Below, one piece after another: positions 1-12,442 of a stretch of DNA of 64,000 bases (position 1 is the first letter of the stretch; every line of letters begins with the position of its first letter). Under the pieces are notes generated by a model. The model made no database searches. It had not been told where the DNA came from and was given only the letters and a program-made list of their open reading frames with translations. Origin of the DNA: Camelus ferus (taxonomy: Eukaryota); contig NC_045697.1 in assembly GCF_009834535.1 (NCBI RefSeq), positions 104,596,001-104,660,000 on the forward strand, given 5' to 3'. The position numbers and the translations under genes were made by a program.

Positions 1-728
1 AGCAGAAAAAAATCTCTGCAAGTTTGTTTACTTCTATTATCCAGTACCCATTTTCCTTATTTACTTTATGCCATTCTATACATTTTATTTTTCTCATTTT
101 CCCAGCTCATTTCTATGACCTTTATTTTATATTAGCACTAATTTTCTATGTCTGGTCAGTTCTCAAACACAAGCACATACAGCACATTGACATGAATACA
201 AAGGCCTGTGTCCGGGGAGAAAAATACATGTATGTGCCTAGCTCAGAGTTACTTCCATGCCTACCTACTCTTGCCTTTACAAGAGTGCCATCAAATTTGG
301 GGAAATATCATGTTATTAAACAATTAAACTCGATCCCAAAGGTTACGTAAAAACTAGGATGATAATGAGTTTTAGAAAAGAGTCACTCAGCGTTCTAAAA
401 GCACTGCGCCTCTGGGGAAACATCTAACTGAACCCAGACAAGAATGGGAGAAAAACAAGAGTGAGGAACAGAAGGATAAAGACAAGGCAGTTGCTTGGCT
501 CCTATAAATAGTAAAACGTATTTTAAGGCAGCCAGGTATAGTCCCCTGAGGAGAGAGCCATTGACGAAAAGGAGGAAAGGATTTGCTTGGTTTGATAAGC
601 AGTACCTGCAACTTTTCCTCCCTGCAGTACATGTTCAAAATCTAGAGTAGCTGCTGTACATCGTGTGACATGGCCTGGGAAGGGTCCCTTTCATAGTTCA
701 TATGAATCTGTTCGATACATTTTTTCTT

Positions 729-834
729 TTTTCTTTTTTCCCCTCTTAACGGAGGCACTGGGGATTGACCTCAGGACTTTGTGCATGCCAAGCATGCAGT
801 GCAGTCTACCCCTGAGCTATACTCCTGACCCCCA
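729..834 (-). mobile_element. tRNA-derived SINE (camelid Vic-1-like), short form
   Basis: Reverse complement of gggg..tatagctcagggg..catgcacaaagtcctgagg.tcaatccccagtgcctcc. Imperfect target-site duplication (TSD) atacattttttctt (715-728) / atacatctattctt (835-848). Confidence 0.8.
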
Positions 835-3029
835 ATACATCTATTCTTGATGAAAAATACTATAGGGCACTATATCATGAATTATCCCTGAATTGGAAAG
901 CATAATTCATAATTTAATTCAACAGGGAGACTTGTTGGGAATGGTATGATGGACAGACATGAAAAATAAGTCTCGGTTGTTTTCCTGTAGGAGTCTCCAT
1001 TGTTGTGAAGACACTGACCTGGGAATGAGGGAGAATGAAATGTATTGTGGAGGTGTTCAGGGGGTGGATTTCCCAAACCACCTACATCATCAAAACCCTC
1101 CATTCCTTCGCTAGCTCACATGTTCCGCCCCCACTATCCTCCTTGGGTTAATCTCAGAGGACTGTCTTGCTGAACTTCAGTCTCCCCAGTATAAGCCACC
1201 CCTGTGAGCAGGGGAGAGCGGTAGGGAGCAGGGAGGAGACAATCGGACTGGAAGTGGGGGCATTAGGTCATAAATTCCAATCTCTGGAGTAGATTGACCT
1301 CACCCATACGATGTCCTCCCCTCTCTCAGGCATGGAGAAAAACTAACTAAATGTTCAATCACAAATGATCAGTTATGTATCTAATGAAATATTCTTGGTT
1401 TGGAAAAAAAAAGAAAAAAAAAGAATGCCAAGCGTCTTTTCATTAAGATTTGCTCCCAGTTTTAGATCAAGGAGATGAACCATTTTAACATTCCACTTTC
1501 ACAAAAATCTGCCTTAACCCAGGAGGTTTTTTCTTGGTAGTAAATTCATTGTCATTGCCTGGGGCCTTTATTAATTTTGCGTTTCATTGGGTACTGACTC
1601 CCAACTTTGGGACCTTTACTGAGGGAATCTATTTTAACATTTCTATTTCAAATCTTTCACACTAGAGAATGAATCATTCACACTTAATTCCTGAAGTTTC
1701 TAGATACCATTTGCTTTGAGTCTTGATTCAGTTGCACTGTATTCTACTAAAAATAAGAGAATCCCTTTTTTAAAAAAATAAAGCAAGGAGTAAAAAGAGG
1801 GAAATTGGAACCTGTTACAAAACAATTTCCAACTTGGGAATCCCTGCTTTCATTTTATGGGCTGAATCAAATTATGGGTCAGGAAGAGCTCCCAGGATTT
1901 TTTTGTATTTTCTTTCAAATATGATACTTATCGCTCATTTCAGAGTTGTTGTTTTTGAGGGAAAATAAAAAGTATCTGTACATCCAAGTTCTGTACAGTT
2001 TATTACCTCATTGATTGCTCAGTGAATACGAATACTGTGGGATCAAAGAAAAGGTCTAGTTTCCTCTTTAGGCTTTTAATCTGAATAAAGAAAACACGGC
2101 AGAGAAAGCACATCACTTGTACCGGAACGGATGACCTTTCACTGCTCATTTCAGCCATGGACTTGTCTCAGTTGAACCTTTTCACTAATTCCTCCTCAGT
2201 TCTAACTTTCATTTATTGTTATTTCACATTGCTAGTCCCTTAAGAATAAGATAAACAGGAATTTCAGAAAAAGACTGCGGAAATTTGGAAAAAGATTTTC
2301 ACTGCTATCCAAGCTTCATCAGTGAAATAATTTTGTTTAATGCTGAAGCAGTATACTTCTAACATGAATGAATTTTTCCCAGCAAAATATGAATAACTAG
2401 CCATTACCAATAATTCAAATATCCCATAAGGGACAAGCTTTAATGGCACTTTGAGTTTGTTTCAGGAAGAAAAAAAGGGGGCAGGGACTGGAAAGAGGGA
2501 TTCAATGCTATTCTTTGTAAGTTTAACAGTCATATTTAAAGTGGAAAATGATGCGGGTCAGACCAGTAAAAAGGTCTGGGTACAGCTCCAAATTGTAGTT
2601 AAAAGTTGCCTGGGGAAGGAGGCTGTAAAAAGATAAAACTCTTTTAACAACTACTCCAGATGGCGTGTAACTAGATACCTGGGAAGGATGCAAAGAGCCA
2701 TTAATAGGGCAACTTTGTTTGATTTGCCCCAAACTCAAAGCCATGTCAGTCCTTCATCCCTTGTTTCAAGTAATTGGTCAGTGGCCTCTGTGATATTCTC
2801 AAAGGTGTATCCTAATTCAAGAAGCATGGAAGTGATTTTTCTGAAAGACTTCAGTTTTATGTAGACGGGGGCTTGGTTTCTCCTAGTTCTCATGGTGTTA
2901 GGATTTGCCTTTCACGCTGGGTGTAGGGCAACTCGGGGTCTCATCTTGGGATCTGTTCCCTGTCACACATAGTTACTCATTCTTTTATCCTAAACGCTGT
3001 GGTCAAGATCAGGCGACTGGTTCATTTTG

Positions 3030-3460
3030 CCACCTCATTTTTCTTTGATAACAAACGACCCCCAAACAGTGGTTTAAAGCAACCATCATTTTCTTATGAT
3101 CTGACCACGTTGTAGGGAAGGAATTTGAGCAGTTCTTCTGCTCCTGGTCACTTGGACTGGGGTCTCATGGTGGATTTCAGCTGAGCTTGCTTCATGGGTC
3201 CAAGACTCACATGACTGGCCCCTTGGCAGGAACATCTGAGCTGAGCAGAGCCCATCTCCCTCTCCATGCAGCCCGGGGCATCTCGCCCTCTCCAGCAGGC
3301 CCAGGGCTCCAGGCTAGAACCCGCTGCACGCCTCAGGGGCCAGGCATGAAACTGGCAAAGCATCCTTCCAGCTGAGCTCAACTGGTCAAGGCAGCCACAG
3401 GCCAGTCCAGTGGAATGACTCAACTGAAGAGAAGTGTCCAAATATCTGCAGCTACTTTTT
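3030..3460 (-). mobile_element. Old MaLR (MLT1-type) LTR fragment, interrupted by L1
   Basis: Degenerate motifs such as aacaaacgacccccaaa..cagtggtttaaagcaac and caaggcagccacaggccagtccag. Confidence 0.5.
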
Positions 3461-3462
3461 AA

Positions 3463-4028
3463 AAAATTTCTTTCTTTTTCTTTTTTCTTTTTTTAATATG
3501 TATTTTTATTGAAGTATATTTTTTATTTTTTTATTTGAAGTATAGTTGACTTACAGTTAAGTTAGTTGACTTACATTTAGGTTGTATTTGTACGTTGTAA
3601 TTGTAAGCTAGTTGACTTACAGTTAAGTTAGTTTCTGGGGCACAGTGAGGTGATTCAGTTATACACATGTAAATGTACATTCTTTTTCAGATGATTTTCC
3701 ATTATAGGTTATTTCAAGGTATTAAATATAACTCCCTGTTCTATACAGTAGGTCCTTGTTCATCTATTTTATATATAGTAGTGTATATCTGCTAATTCAA
3801 AACTCCTAATTTATCCCTTCCGCCCTTTTCCTTTTGGTAACTGTAAGTTTGTTTTCTATGTCTGTGAGTCTGTTTCTGTTTTGTGAATATGTTCATTTAC
3901 ATCATATTTTAGATTCCCCATATAAGTGATACCACATATTTGTCTTTCTCTGTCTGACTTACTTCACTTAATATGATCATCTCTAGGTCTATCCACATTG
4001 CTGCAAATGCCAGTATTTCGTCCTTCCA
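3463..4028 (-). mobile_element. 5'-truncated LINE-1 3' end (cetartiodactyl type)
   Basis: T-rich tail at left and an L1 3' UTR reverse complement (gtttgttttctatgtctgtgagtctgtttc, cttacttcacttaatatgatcatctctagg). TSD-like cagctactttttaa / cagctatcttttaa. Confidence 0.88.
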
Positions 4029-5199
4029 CAGCTATCTTTTAAGCCTTCACCTGGCTTCTCTTTAAAATTCTTCCTGATAGTATTCAACCTCCAAACCTCT
4101 GTATGGCAGTTGGGTTGCCTATCACATAAGAGATACAAATCATAAACAAACATTATAAATGGTCACATTTGCTCTCAATGTGCAGACATAAAGATATAAG
4201 TGCCACTTCACCTTATGGAAGTGGCAAAACTGAAGAAAAATAAATTCTAATGAAGGCAAGCATTGACAGGCACTTAGTAGAGACATTTTTTAAAGGTACT
4301 TAAGCTACTTTTTCCTTCCCTTGATTCACTATTTGCACTCAAAATAATTAACCCAGGAAAATCATTCAAAAAGGGAAAAAAATCTGTATGTGCAAATGTA
4401 TTTATACTCATGTTATTCACAACCTTGAAACGCCAGAAACTATGATGTGATTATAGGAGAAAGATTTAGGTAAATTGTACAATATGTTGTTATACCGTGT
4501 AGCCATGAAATTAATAAATGCTATGCCTGTGTAGAAACATAAGTATGTTTTATAATGAAAAGTGAATAAAGTCAAAAAATAAAATTGTAACTGATAAGGT
4601 TATAATATATATCCAAACTGCTTATGAGAATAGAAATGGGCAAAGAATGAGAAGAAATGAAAATGGGTTATGTTGAAGTGATATCTTTTGAATTTAAGTT
4701 CCTTTTACACTGTTTTAAAGTAAATTCAATAATATTTACTTTTAACTTAATGAGTTTCCCAGATCATACCTTAAAGATTCAGAAACATACGTTAAATGCC
4801 TCTAGCCTTGAAAACAAGTAAAAATCTATTTATAGACATATACAGTAACAAACATCTTTACATAAATAAAACATGTAATTTATTCTTTTATTCTGGCATG
4901 CCACATGACATTTTGGCATGTCAGGGGACAAGGTGGTGTCATGGGAAAAGACAGCCCTGGGACTTTGCAGACCAGAACCCTGACCCAGGCAGAGGATGTG
5001 GTACCACACCAGTCCTCAGTTTCCCAACCAGAACATGAGGGGAGAAAGATCAGCCCAAAAGTCCTTCTTGGTTTTATGTTATTTGATTCTAGGATTCTAA
5101 AAGTATTAGCTCTTTATCTGTTGCCTAATTCAGGGCTGGCTTGAAAAATAAGAAAATGTTCGGAGTGTATACTGGCTTTGGCCAATACAAATAAATGCA

Positions 5200-6290
5200 T
5201 GGTAAGGAAACAAACAAAGACGCTTAATTCAACAGATATTTATCTGGCACCTATGGTATGTTGGTCTTGTGACCAACATACAAAGTATCCGTCCTATGGA
5301 GCTTATGGTCTTTTTATTTATTTATATATTGTTTATTTTTGTTTTGGGGGTGGAGCTTATATTCTAAAGGGAGAGGTAGACATAGACAAAAAATAAATGA
5401 GTAGAAGAATTGGTTGGTCTCATGGTAGTAAGTGCTACGGAGAAAAATAATCGGAGTGAGTGGGGCGGGGAAGCTGGCAACTTTGAATAGGGTGTCCAGG
5501 GAAGGCCTCGCTGAAAAGACACTGCTGCGTAAAGGCCTGAAAGAAGTGGCGAGGCGGCTCTGAGGACACCTGCAGGCATTCCCGCTGAGGTGGGAACCCA
5601 CTGGGGGATTTGAGCAGAGAGGTAACATGACTGGCTGACACTTTAACAGGTTCACCCCAGTCGCTGTGTTGGGGGCAGACTGCAGGAGGGCAAGGTGGAC
5701 ACAGGGAGACCAGTTAGGAAGCTACTGCAGTAATCCGGGTGGATGGTAACAGATGAGATCGAGAGAAGTGGTTGCACCTGGATGCATTTTGAAGGACGAG
5801 GTTGCAAGGTTTGCTAAAGAATTGAATGTGTGGTGGAAAAGAGAAAGAGGAGTGAAGGCTAACTTCAGGGTTTGAGACCTGAGATGGCAGACTGGAGAGG
5901 GCAAGGAAGAGGGCAAGGAAGAAGACCCAGAGTCTGGTTTGGGTGAGTCTCAATGCCTACGAGATATCTGAATGGAGATCTCAAGTAGGCTGGTGGACAT
6001 ACAAATCTAGAGGTAGAGGTGAGGTTCTAGGCTACAGTTATAAATTTGAGAATTAACTATCAGCATGTAGAGAGTTCTAATGCCATGAGACTAGATGAGA
6101 TCACTAAGAGTGTGTAGATAGAAAAGAAAAGCGGTCCAAGGACTAAGGAGAAATCCAATGGTAAGAGCTTGAGGTGTGGGCATGATCTAGCCAAGGAGAT
6201 GAGATGGAGTGGCCAGTCTCATAAGCAGGATGAAAACCAGGAGAATGTGGTCAAAACCAAGTGCAGAAAGCATTTCAAAGAGGAAGGATT
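5200..6290 (-). mobile_element. LINE-2 fragment
   Basis: ttcaacagatatttat.. 3'-end signature and L2-like purine-rich body (gggagaccagttaggaagctactgcagtaatcc, ggatgcattttgaagg). Confidence 0.75.
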
Positions 6291-8574
6291 ATCTCTAGAA
6301 TATCAGTTGTTGGTGGTCGGCTCTACACTTGCAAATTTTCTATGGAGTGAGGATGTCATATATATGCACTGACTTGATTGAAGGCTGTTTATGATAACAC
6401 CTACCAAGCACACAATATTGTGTGTGTGTGCGCACGCACGTGCATGTGCGTGCTGTGTCATTATCCCCCAAATAGAAATCATTTTTGGAACATCCTGTAT
6501 TTCCTATTTTCCACACCTTTCCCCATGTCCATCATCACAAATGATTGTTTCTAATTGATTTTATGGTTGTTTTCTCATCTCATGGAGATGTTATCAAGAT
6601 CAGTGTGATCACAAATGGAAAATATTCTAATTCTCAGTCACATGGGTTAATTAAAGCACAGACTGATTATGAATCATTTGCTCAACTAGACACTAAAAAT
6701 TACTTCTATTTATTTTTAAATGTTGAATTTACATTGTGTTTTAGACATGTAATATTCTGGGAACTCAGAGGCATATTATAAAATGAAGCTGGTCTGTGAA
6801 TATATTCATCATAAGAATACATAGACCACATTTTCTTACTTAAACCACATTCTATTTCCAACCCTGCCTAAGAAATCTGGCTTTTTTACTGTCTTAAGAG
6901 ATAAAGTGTTTTATTCATATCACCTTTCCTGATAACCGATCTAAGAGGAGGGGAGAAGAAAACAGATAAAACTCATTGACAGCCTCAGGATAGAGACATC
7001 CCGTCTCTGTTCCTTTTAGCTTTTACTGGACATCAGGCTGCCTGTTGAACAAGGCAGCAAAGAGAAATAAACAGAAGGAGAGAGTATATATAGCACTCTT
7101 TATTCCACTAGTAATAACCATAAATTTTAAAATGCAATGTTGGCTATGTCATAAAAGGATTTCCCTGGTCTGTATGCATAGCTGTATTTTATTCCATTCT
7201 GAACTCATCTGGGCTTTGTCAGAGGTTCCTATTGCACACCAATCTTATTTATCCTAAAAATCTGCGAAACACGTCTCCAGCAAATTGTGCTGTCTGTATG
7301 CCACGTGGCACCATCGTGCATGCCAAAACTATAGGTTCTCATCTACAGGGAAGAACAGAGTCACGTAATTCCTAGGAGCTGAGTTTTCGCAGGTAATGAG
7401 ATGTGCTGAGACAGAACGCTATGTGGAAGTGATGCAGCTCATTTTGGTGGCGAAGGGTAGTTTGTAACTGGCCTTGGCTTTACTGACTTATTCCCCATGA
7501 AGTTGCCTGGCCTGCAAAGCCATGTGCACCTGTCTCCAATGCCTTGGTCTGTTTTACAGCCTTCTTCTGGCATTATCTTCTGAAAGCTATAAAAAGAGAA
7601 TGTTTCCTTTCCATTACAACAGCAACAAAAATTTCAAGAATGAAGCCACAAAAATACCATACCACATCCCAGGTCCCTTCTTAATAGTAAGTCTGAAAGC
7701 ACTCCATCACATCAGGTCAAAGAGCACAGAGTTTCCGAAACCAGACTTTCTTTAGACTTCATATTTAAATGTGATTATTATCATAAAAATATTTAGGTCA
7801 AAAATCAGGCAAATGCGATTTCTTAATGCCCGTTGGTTTTTGATCGGCATAATTGTTCAGTTACATTTATATCCTACGCTTCTGTATGAACCATTCTTTT
7901 CTGTTAGACTATAAACCCTAAAGATTAGGAACCGAGGTATCTTTAGCTCAGTTTTATATAGTCCAGCACAGGGCCATATGGGAGAGATACAGTCATTCTT
8001 TGACATTTTAAAATATTATTATTAGGTATATTATTTATTTACTAAAACGGCCACCTGGTACAAGTCCAATGTGTTCATATTTTGAGGGTAGAAGAGAGAG
8101 AAAACAATGTAAATCTATGGCAACTCTTCACTTAAGGGTATCTAGATCCACTTCATAGATAATATTTCAAGTTTTTTAATACGTAAAGAGAATTACGATA
8201 TTACCATAACCAGTACCAGCAGCTTACAGTACAGCTTCCATCATCTAATCTTTTCCTTAAAAAAAATGTTCCTGCTTAAAAAATATAGGCACACCTATCT
8301 GATGCCACCACGTTCTAAACCCTCACAAGATTTTGCTAGACCCCAAGGGAGGATCTCAGACTCAGGCCTGCCTTGTAACTGATCTCCAAATGGGTGGAAC
8401 TTTTAATGGCCCCACTTGTTTTTCACACCAGGGCTCACAGAGAGTTCCTAAAAAGTCAATGGTTGGTTGCTGGCCAATGGAAGGAGCTTTCCAACATTTA
8501 CAATTTTTATTTCATTGAAAAAAACTTAAAATTTCCTAACAACTTGATTCCATCACCCCCCTTTTTCTCCCCAG

Positions 8575-8773
8575 GTACAGAGCAGTTGCCTCCTGGAGTC
8601 GTGTTCAGGGCATTGGGATTCCCTTGGTCACAGCCATTGAGATCGTCTCCATCTGGATCCTTTCTTTTATCCTGGCCATCCCTGAAGCCATCGGCTTCGT
8701 CATGGTGCCCTTTGAGTACAAGGGTGAACAGCACAAAACCTGTATGCTCAATGCCACATCAAAATTCATGGAG
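8575..8773 (+). CDS. EDNRA: Endothelin receptor type A, exon 4 (199 bp; end of TM3 DRY motif, TM4, ECL2)
   Basis: Pyrimidine tract plus CAG acceptor (ctttttctccccag|g) and GAG|gtatga donor. Translates as (R)YRAVASWSRVQGIGIPLVTAIEIVSIWILSFILAIPEAIGFVMVPFEYKGEQHKTCMLNATSKFME, recognised as ETA. Not shown in the ORF track. Confidence 0.98.
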
Positions 8774-10439
8774 GTATGAATAGTATAAAGGGAATTAATT
8801 GTGTGTGTGGTGGGGGGGTCTTCATTTATACTTTACCATCGCCAAGACTTGTTATCTGTACAATGCCAAGTGTGGTTTACACTGCTAGTTCAAATATCCT
8901 TCAGTTGCATGAAAAGCAGATGTTAAAGCAGGGCTTAGCTTCTTGAATAGGACAACCATTTTGTCTTCACTCTTATATTGTAGCACAACTGTAGACACAA
9001 CTGTTGCTCTGCACCAACTCCTCAGAATTCTGGAACAACTTTACTAAGAAAAGAAAGATGGACATGTATGTATGTAGTGCTATTTGTTTTGATAATAAGG
9101 AAAGCAGCACAACAATTCCCATCTGACAGACACGCTGATACTTATTTTATATTATTTGGGGTAATCCATGTTGCTCACACATTTTTTTAAAGATAGATTT
9201 ACTAATTCAAAGTAGAAAGTCATTCTCCCATTGTGCTTATATTAGTATAGATTCAAATATGCAAATAATAGAATTTTGCAGAACTTTCTAAAAAGTGTTT
9301 ATTTTAGTGTAACAAATTCAGTTGTTGTTTAATACACCCGACCACATTAACTTTGCTGAAAAGCTTAATCACATGACTGAGAGTATCAGGAAACATGTTT
9401 GAAATGCATATTCCCTTTGTAAAACTAGTCACATGTCGCCCAGGGATAAAAACCAAAAGGGTAGCTGTTTCTTTTAAATCAGCATTACTTAGTGCTTTGA
9501 TGCAAGTTTTGCACAGCTCAGATTCACACTTACTCGTTTACAGACATCTCAAGGTATGTTTTCCTACCTTGGAAAATTCACAAAATTAGTGGTTTTACAG
9601 TTGACCAGTTATCCTGCTTGGAAATTCTTTGAAAATTAAAAATACTCATGAACACTGCCAAACTGGCAACCTTAAAATTAAGGTCTTCTGCTTATCTGCT
9701 GACTATTTTAGATAAGCCACAGTGAAAAACAAAGTAGACAGCAGGAGGCTATCAGAATTTGGACAGTGTGAATGAGCAGTCTAGGTACCCTGTCTAAGCC
9801 GTTAGAGAGAAGAGGCTTGATGTAAGAAGGACCTTACTAACCCTTCCAGGTGGACAAAATGAAATGGGTTTCTTCATCAGGACTGTGTCTCCTTTCTAGC
9901 AGTGAAGCTCAGAGTGGCCACCCTTCAGGCAGGGGGCACCTAGAGCATTGCAGTAAAGGGTATGAGTTTGCACTGATGAGTTTTAAAATTTCATTCTAAG
10001 TCTAAAGTTTTAGGATTCTCTTTCCCCTCCTATTCTCTTTTTTTGATTCTCCCTTTTTCTGCCCTTTCCTTCTCAACTTTGTGCTAACCTAGACTGGAGG
10101 GAGGTCCCTCCATCCCCTCATGGATGACATCAGCTCAAAAGAAATGTGTGACCCCGTTCTCTCCAGGCTTCTGCCTTGGAGGGGGCAGGGGACTCCATCC
10201 GGTCCCCTGGGGGCCAGCTTCCAGGCCCTCCGCAGCTGCTTCTGGGCAGTCTCAGCCAGCCAGAAATGCGCCCAGAAGAAGAGGGTGCAAGGACGAGAGT
10301 GCTCACAGGAGTGTCTTAAACAAAGAGAGAGTCCTTCTGATTTTTGTTTGTTTGTTTTTTTCAGTGCAGTACTAAAATCGTTCTCCAGTGTGATGGGAAT
10401 AGGACAGGTTTGAATAAACCAACTTCTTTGGGAGGTCTG

Positions 10440-10921
10440 CACTTAACCTGAGGATAGAATTCAGGGGTCTGTGAATTTGAATGGAAAAGAAATTGCATGT
10501 TTATATTCACTAACTTCTAACTGAAATTTATCATCTCCTTCTAATATGAATGTAGACAACAAACCACAGTAGTATTTAACAGTACCATGAGTTTTTTCAC
10601 TAATAGAAATAAGGCATTTTCCTACCACTATTTTGGCTGGATAATCTTGAAATATCATTTACACTCATCATTGCTTCTACATCCTGATAGTTATTAGAAC
10701 CACCATTAGATTTGTCATTTAATTTGTAAATGAACACATATATTATTACATCAGAATTTTATATTTCTCCTACTCTGCTAGCTGTGCTGTAAAGTACTGG
10801 GTTTCCATTATAATCTTACACAGTTTATTTCATGCACATAAAACATGATTCTCAGAAAGGATTATAGTCTTTACCAGAAAGTCAAAGGGGGCTGGGGCAT
10901 AAAAATAGTTAAGAACCCCTG
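10440..10921 (-). mobile_element. hAT-Charlie-type DNA transposon fossil
   Basis: Ends in gttaagaacccctg, a hAT-type terminus. Shares internal sequence with copies at ~36215-36795 and 55233-55690. Confidence 0.65.
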
Positions 10922-11047
10922 CCTAGAACTTTTTTTCCTCAGGAACCATTTATAGCATATTTCAATAGACATGTTATAAATGTAGTCCACTGGGCCTCTT
11001 TTCTATATTCAGAAACTCTCCAGTTTTTCACAGAGCAGCATGACTGT

Positions 11048-11048
<1 letters not shown>

Positions 11049-11083
<35 letters not shown>
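11049..11083. repeat. Pure poly(T)35 tract flanked by ACTGTG direct repeats
   Basis: tgACTGTG-(T)35-ACTGTGgg read directly. Confidence 0.95.
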
Positions 11084-11086
<3 letters not shown>

Positions 11087-11722
11087 GTGGGAACTGAGAA
11101 ATTACAGGAGGCTGCATTATCCTTAGTAAATAAACAATCTGGGGAAACAGAATAAGGAAAGGAAACGCATTTCTTCCCAAGTTGGTGATTACTTTAGTGG
11201 AAGAATTTAGATATGATTTTCTAATTTCCATTTTTACTGGGTGTGAAATTTTCTGCTTTAAAAAGACATAACACTGAGTAATCCTGGTGCTTAATAAATT
11301 CTGTCCACAGGGAGATAATGTTCACTATGCCTCCAGATAAGGTACTGGGCTTCCATAGGTTCCAGGTGGGGAGTATTAAAAGCCAACGAGAAAGGGATGG
11401 TTATTGATGGCTCTGAGCGACTGGCTGGGAGGTCACATAGCAGGCATACCAGGCAAAGGGTTAACTCCCAGTTAACCAAAGCTCACAGATAAACCATTCA
11501 TAACCTTCACTTTTTCCAAACAAGATAGGCACAGTAAGTACACTTTAACCCCCACAGTCAGAAGGAAACCAGGCACTAACAAAATGTTGACGCTTGCCAG
11601 TAGAGATAAATATAGATTCCGTATGTCTCAAAATCATGTCTTAGGAGCTTTGGAAGGGAATGCATTTTATTAGTTAGAGCTCTTCCATTCTGTAACTAAG
11701 GCCAACTTCAGTTTATTAAAAG

Positions 11723-11882
11723 TCTTGTAATAACCTTTCATGAAAAAGAATATGAAAATGAATGTATGTATGTACATGCATGACTGGGACATTGTACTAT
11801 ACACCAGAAACTGACACATTGTAACTGACTATAGTTCAATTTTAAAAAATAAATAAAATAAATAATTAAAAAAATTTTTAAA
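11723..11882 (+). mobile_element. Short LINE-1 3' end
   Basis: aaaaagaatatgaaaatgaatg..gactgggacattg..acaccagaaactgacacattgtaactgacta followed by an A-rich tail. Confidence 0.85.
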
Positions 11883-12003
11883 GTATCTTTGTTACCATAA
11901 ATTTTCTAAAGTGATTTCTTTGTGTGCTATCATAAAGCCAGGATAATGTCTGGAGTTTCCAATTTAGTTGAGGGTTTTTTTAAATTAAACAAAACAAAGC
12001 TAG

Positions 12004-12155
12004 ATTTTTCTTTTATTTTATTTTTATGGGGAGAGGTAGTTAGGTTTGTTTGTTTGTTTAACGGAGGTACTGGGGATTGAACCCAGGACCTTGTGCATGC
12101 TAAGCAGGCACTCTACCACTGAGTTTTAGTTGAGTTTTGAGCACCCCCCTCCCCA
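12004..12155 (-). mobile_element. tRNA-derived SINE (Vic-1-like), antisense in the intron just upstream of exon 5
   Basis: ggaggtactggggattgaacccaggaccttgtgcatgctaagcaggcactctaccactgag is the reverse complement of the SINE head. Confidence 0.88.
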
Positions 12156-12289
12156 GCCCATTACCACAACCAAAGAGCATGTATATACAAATGTATCTGC
12201 AAGCACGAAGATGCTGCAGCCACCAGCAGCTCTGCACAGCTAATATTCGGTATATCGCCCTCCTTTTCTCCCTTCTCTTCTCTTTACAG

Positions 12290-12442
12290 TTCTACCAAGA
12301 TGTAAAAGATTGGTGGCTCTTCGGGTTCTACTTCTGCATGCCCCTGGTGTGCACCGCAATCTTCTACACCCTCATGACTTGTGAGATGTTAAACAGGAGG
12401 AATGGCAGCCTGAGAATTGCCCTCAGTGAACATCTGAAACAG
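12290..12442 (+). CDS. EDNRA: Endothelin receptor type A, exon 5 (153 bp; TM5, ICL3)
   Basis: Acceptor tctctttacag|ttc and donor CAG|gtaaac. Encodes [51 protein letters not shown], inside ORF 12137..12493. Confidence 0.98.

Noticed and set aside
8394..8783. ORFs 8394..8783 (+) and 8507..8734 (-) overlapping exon 4
   Set aside because: Alternative-frame and antisense shadows of the real EDNRA exon.
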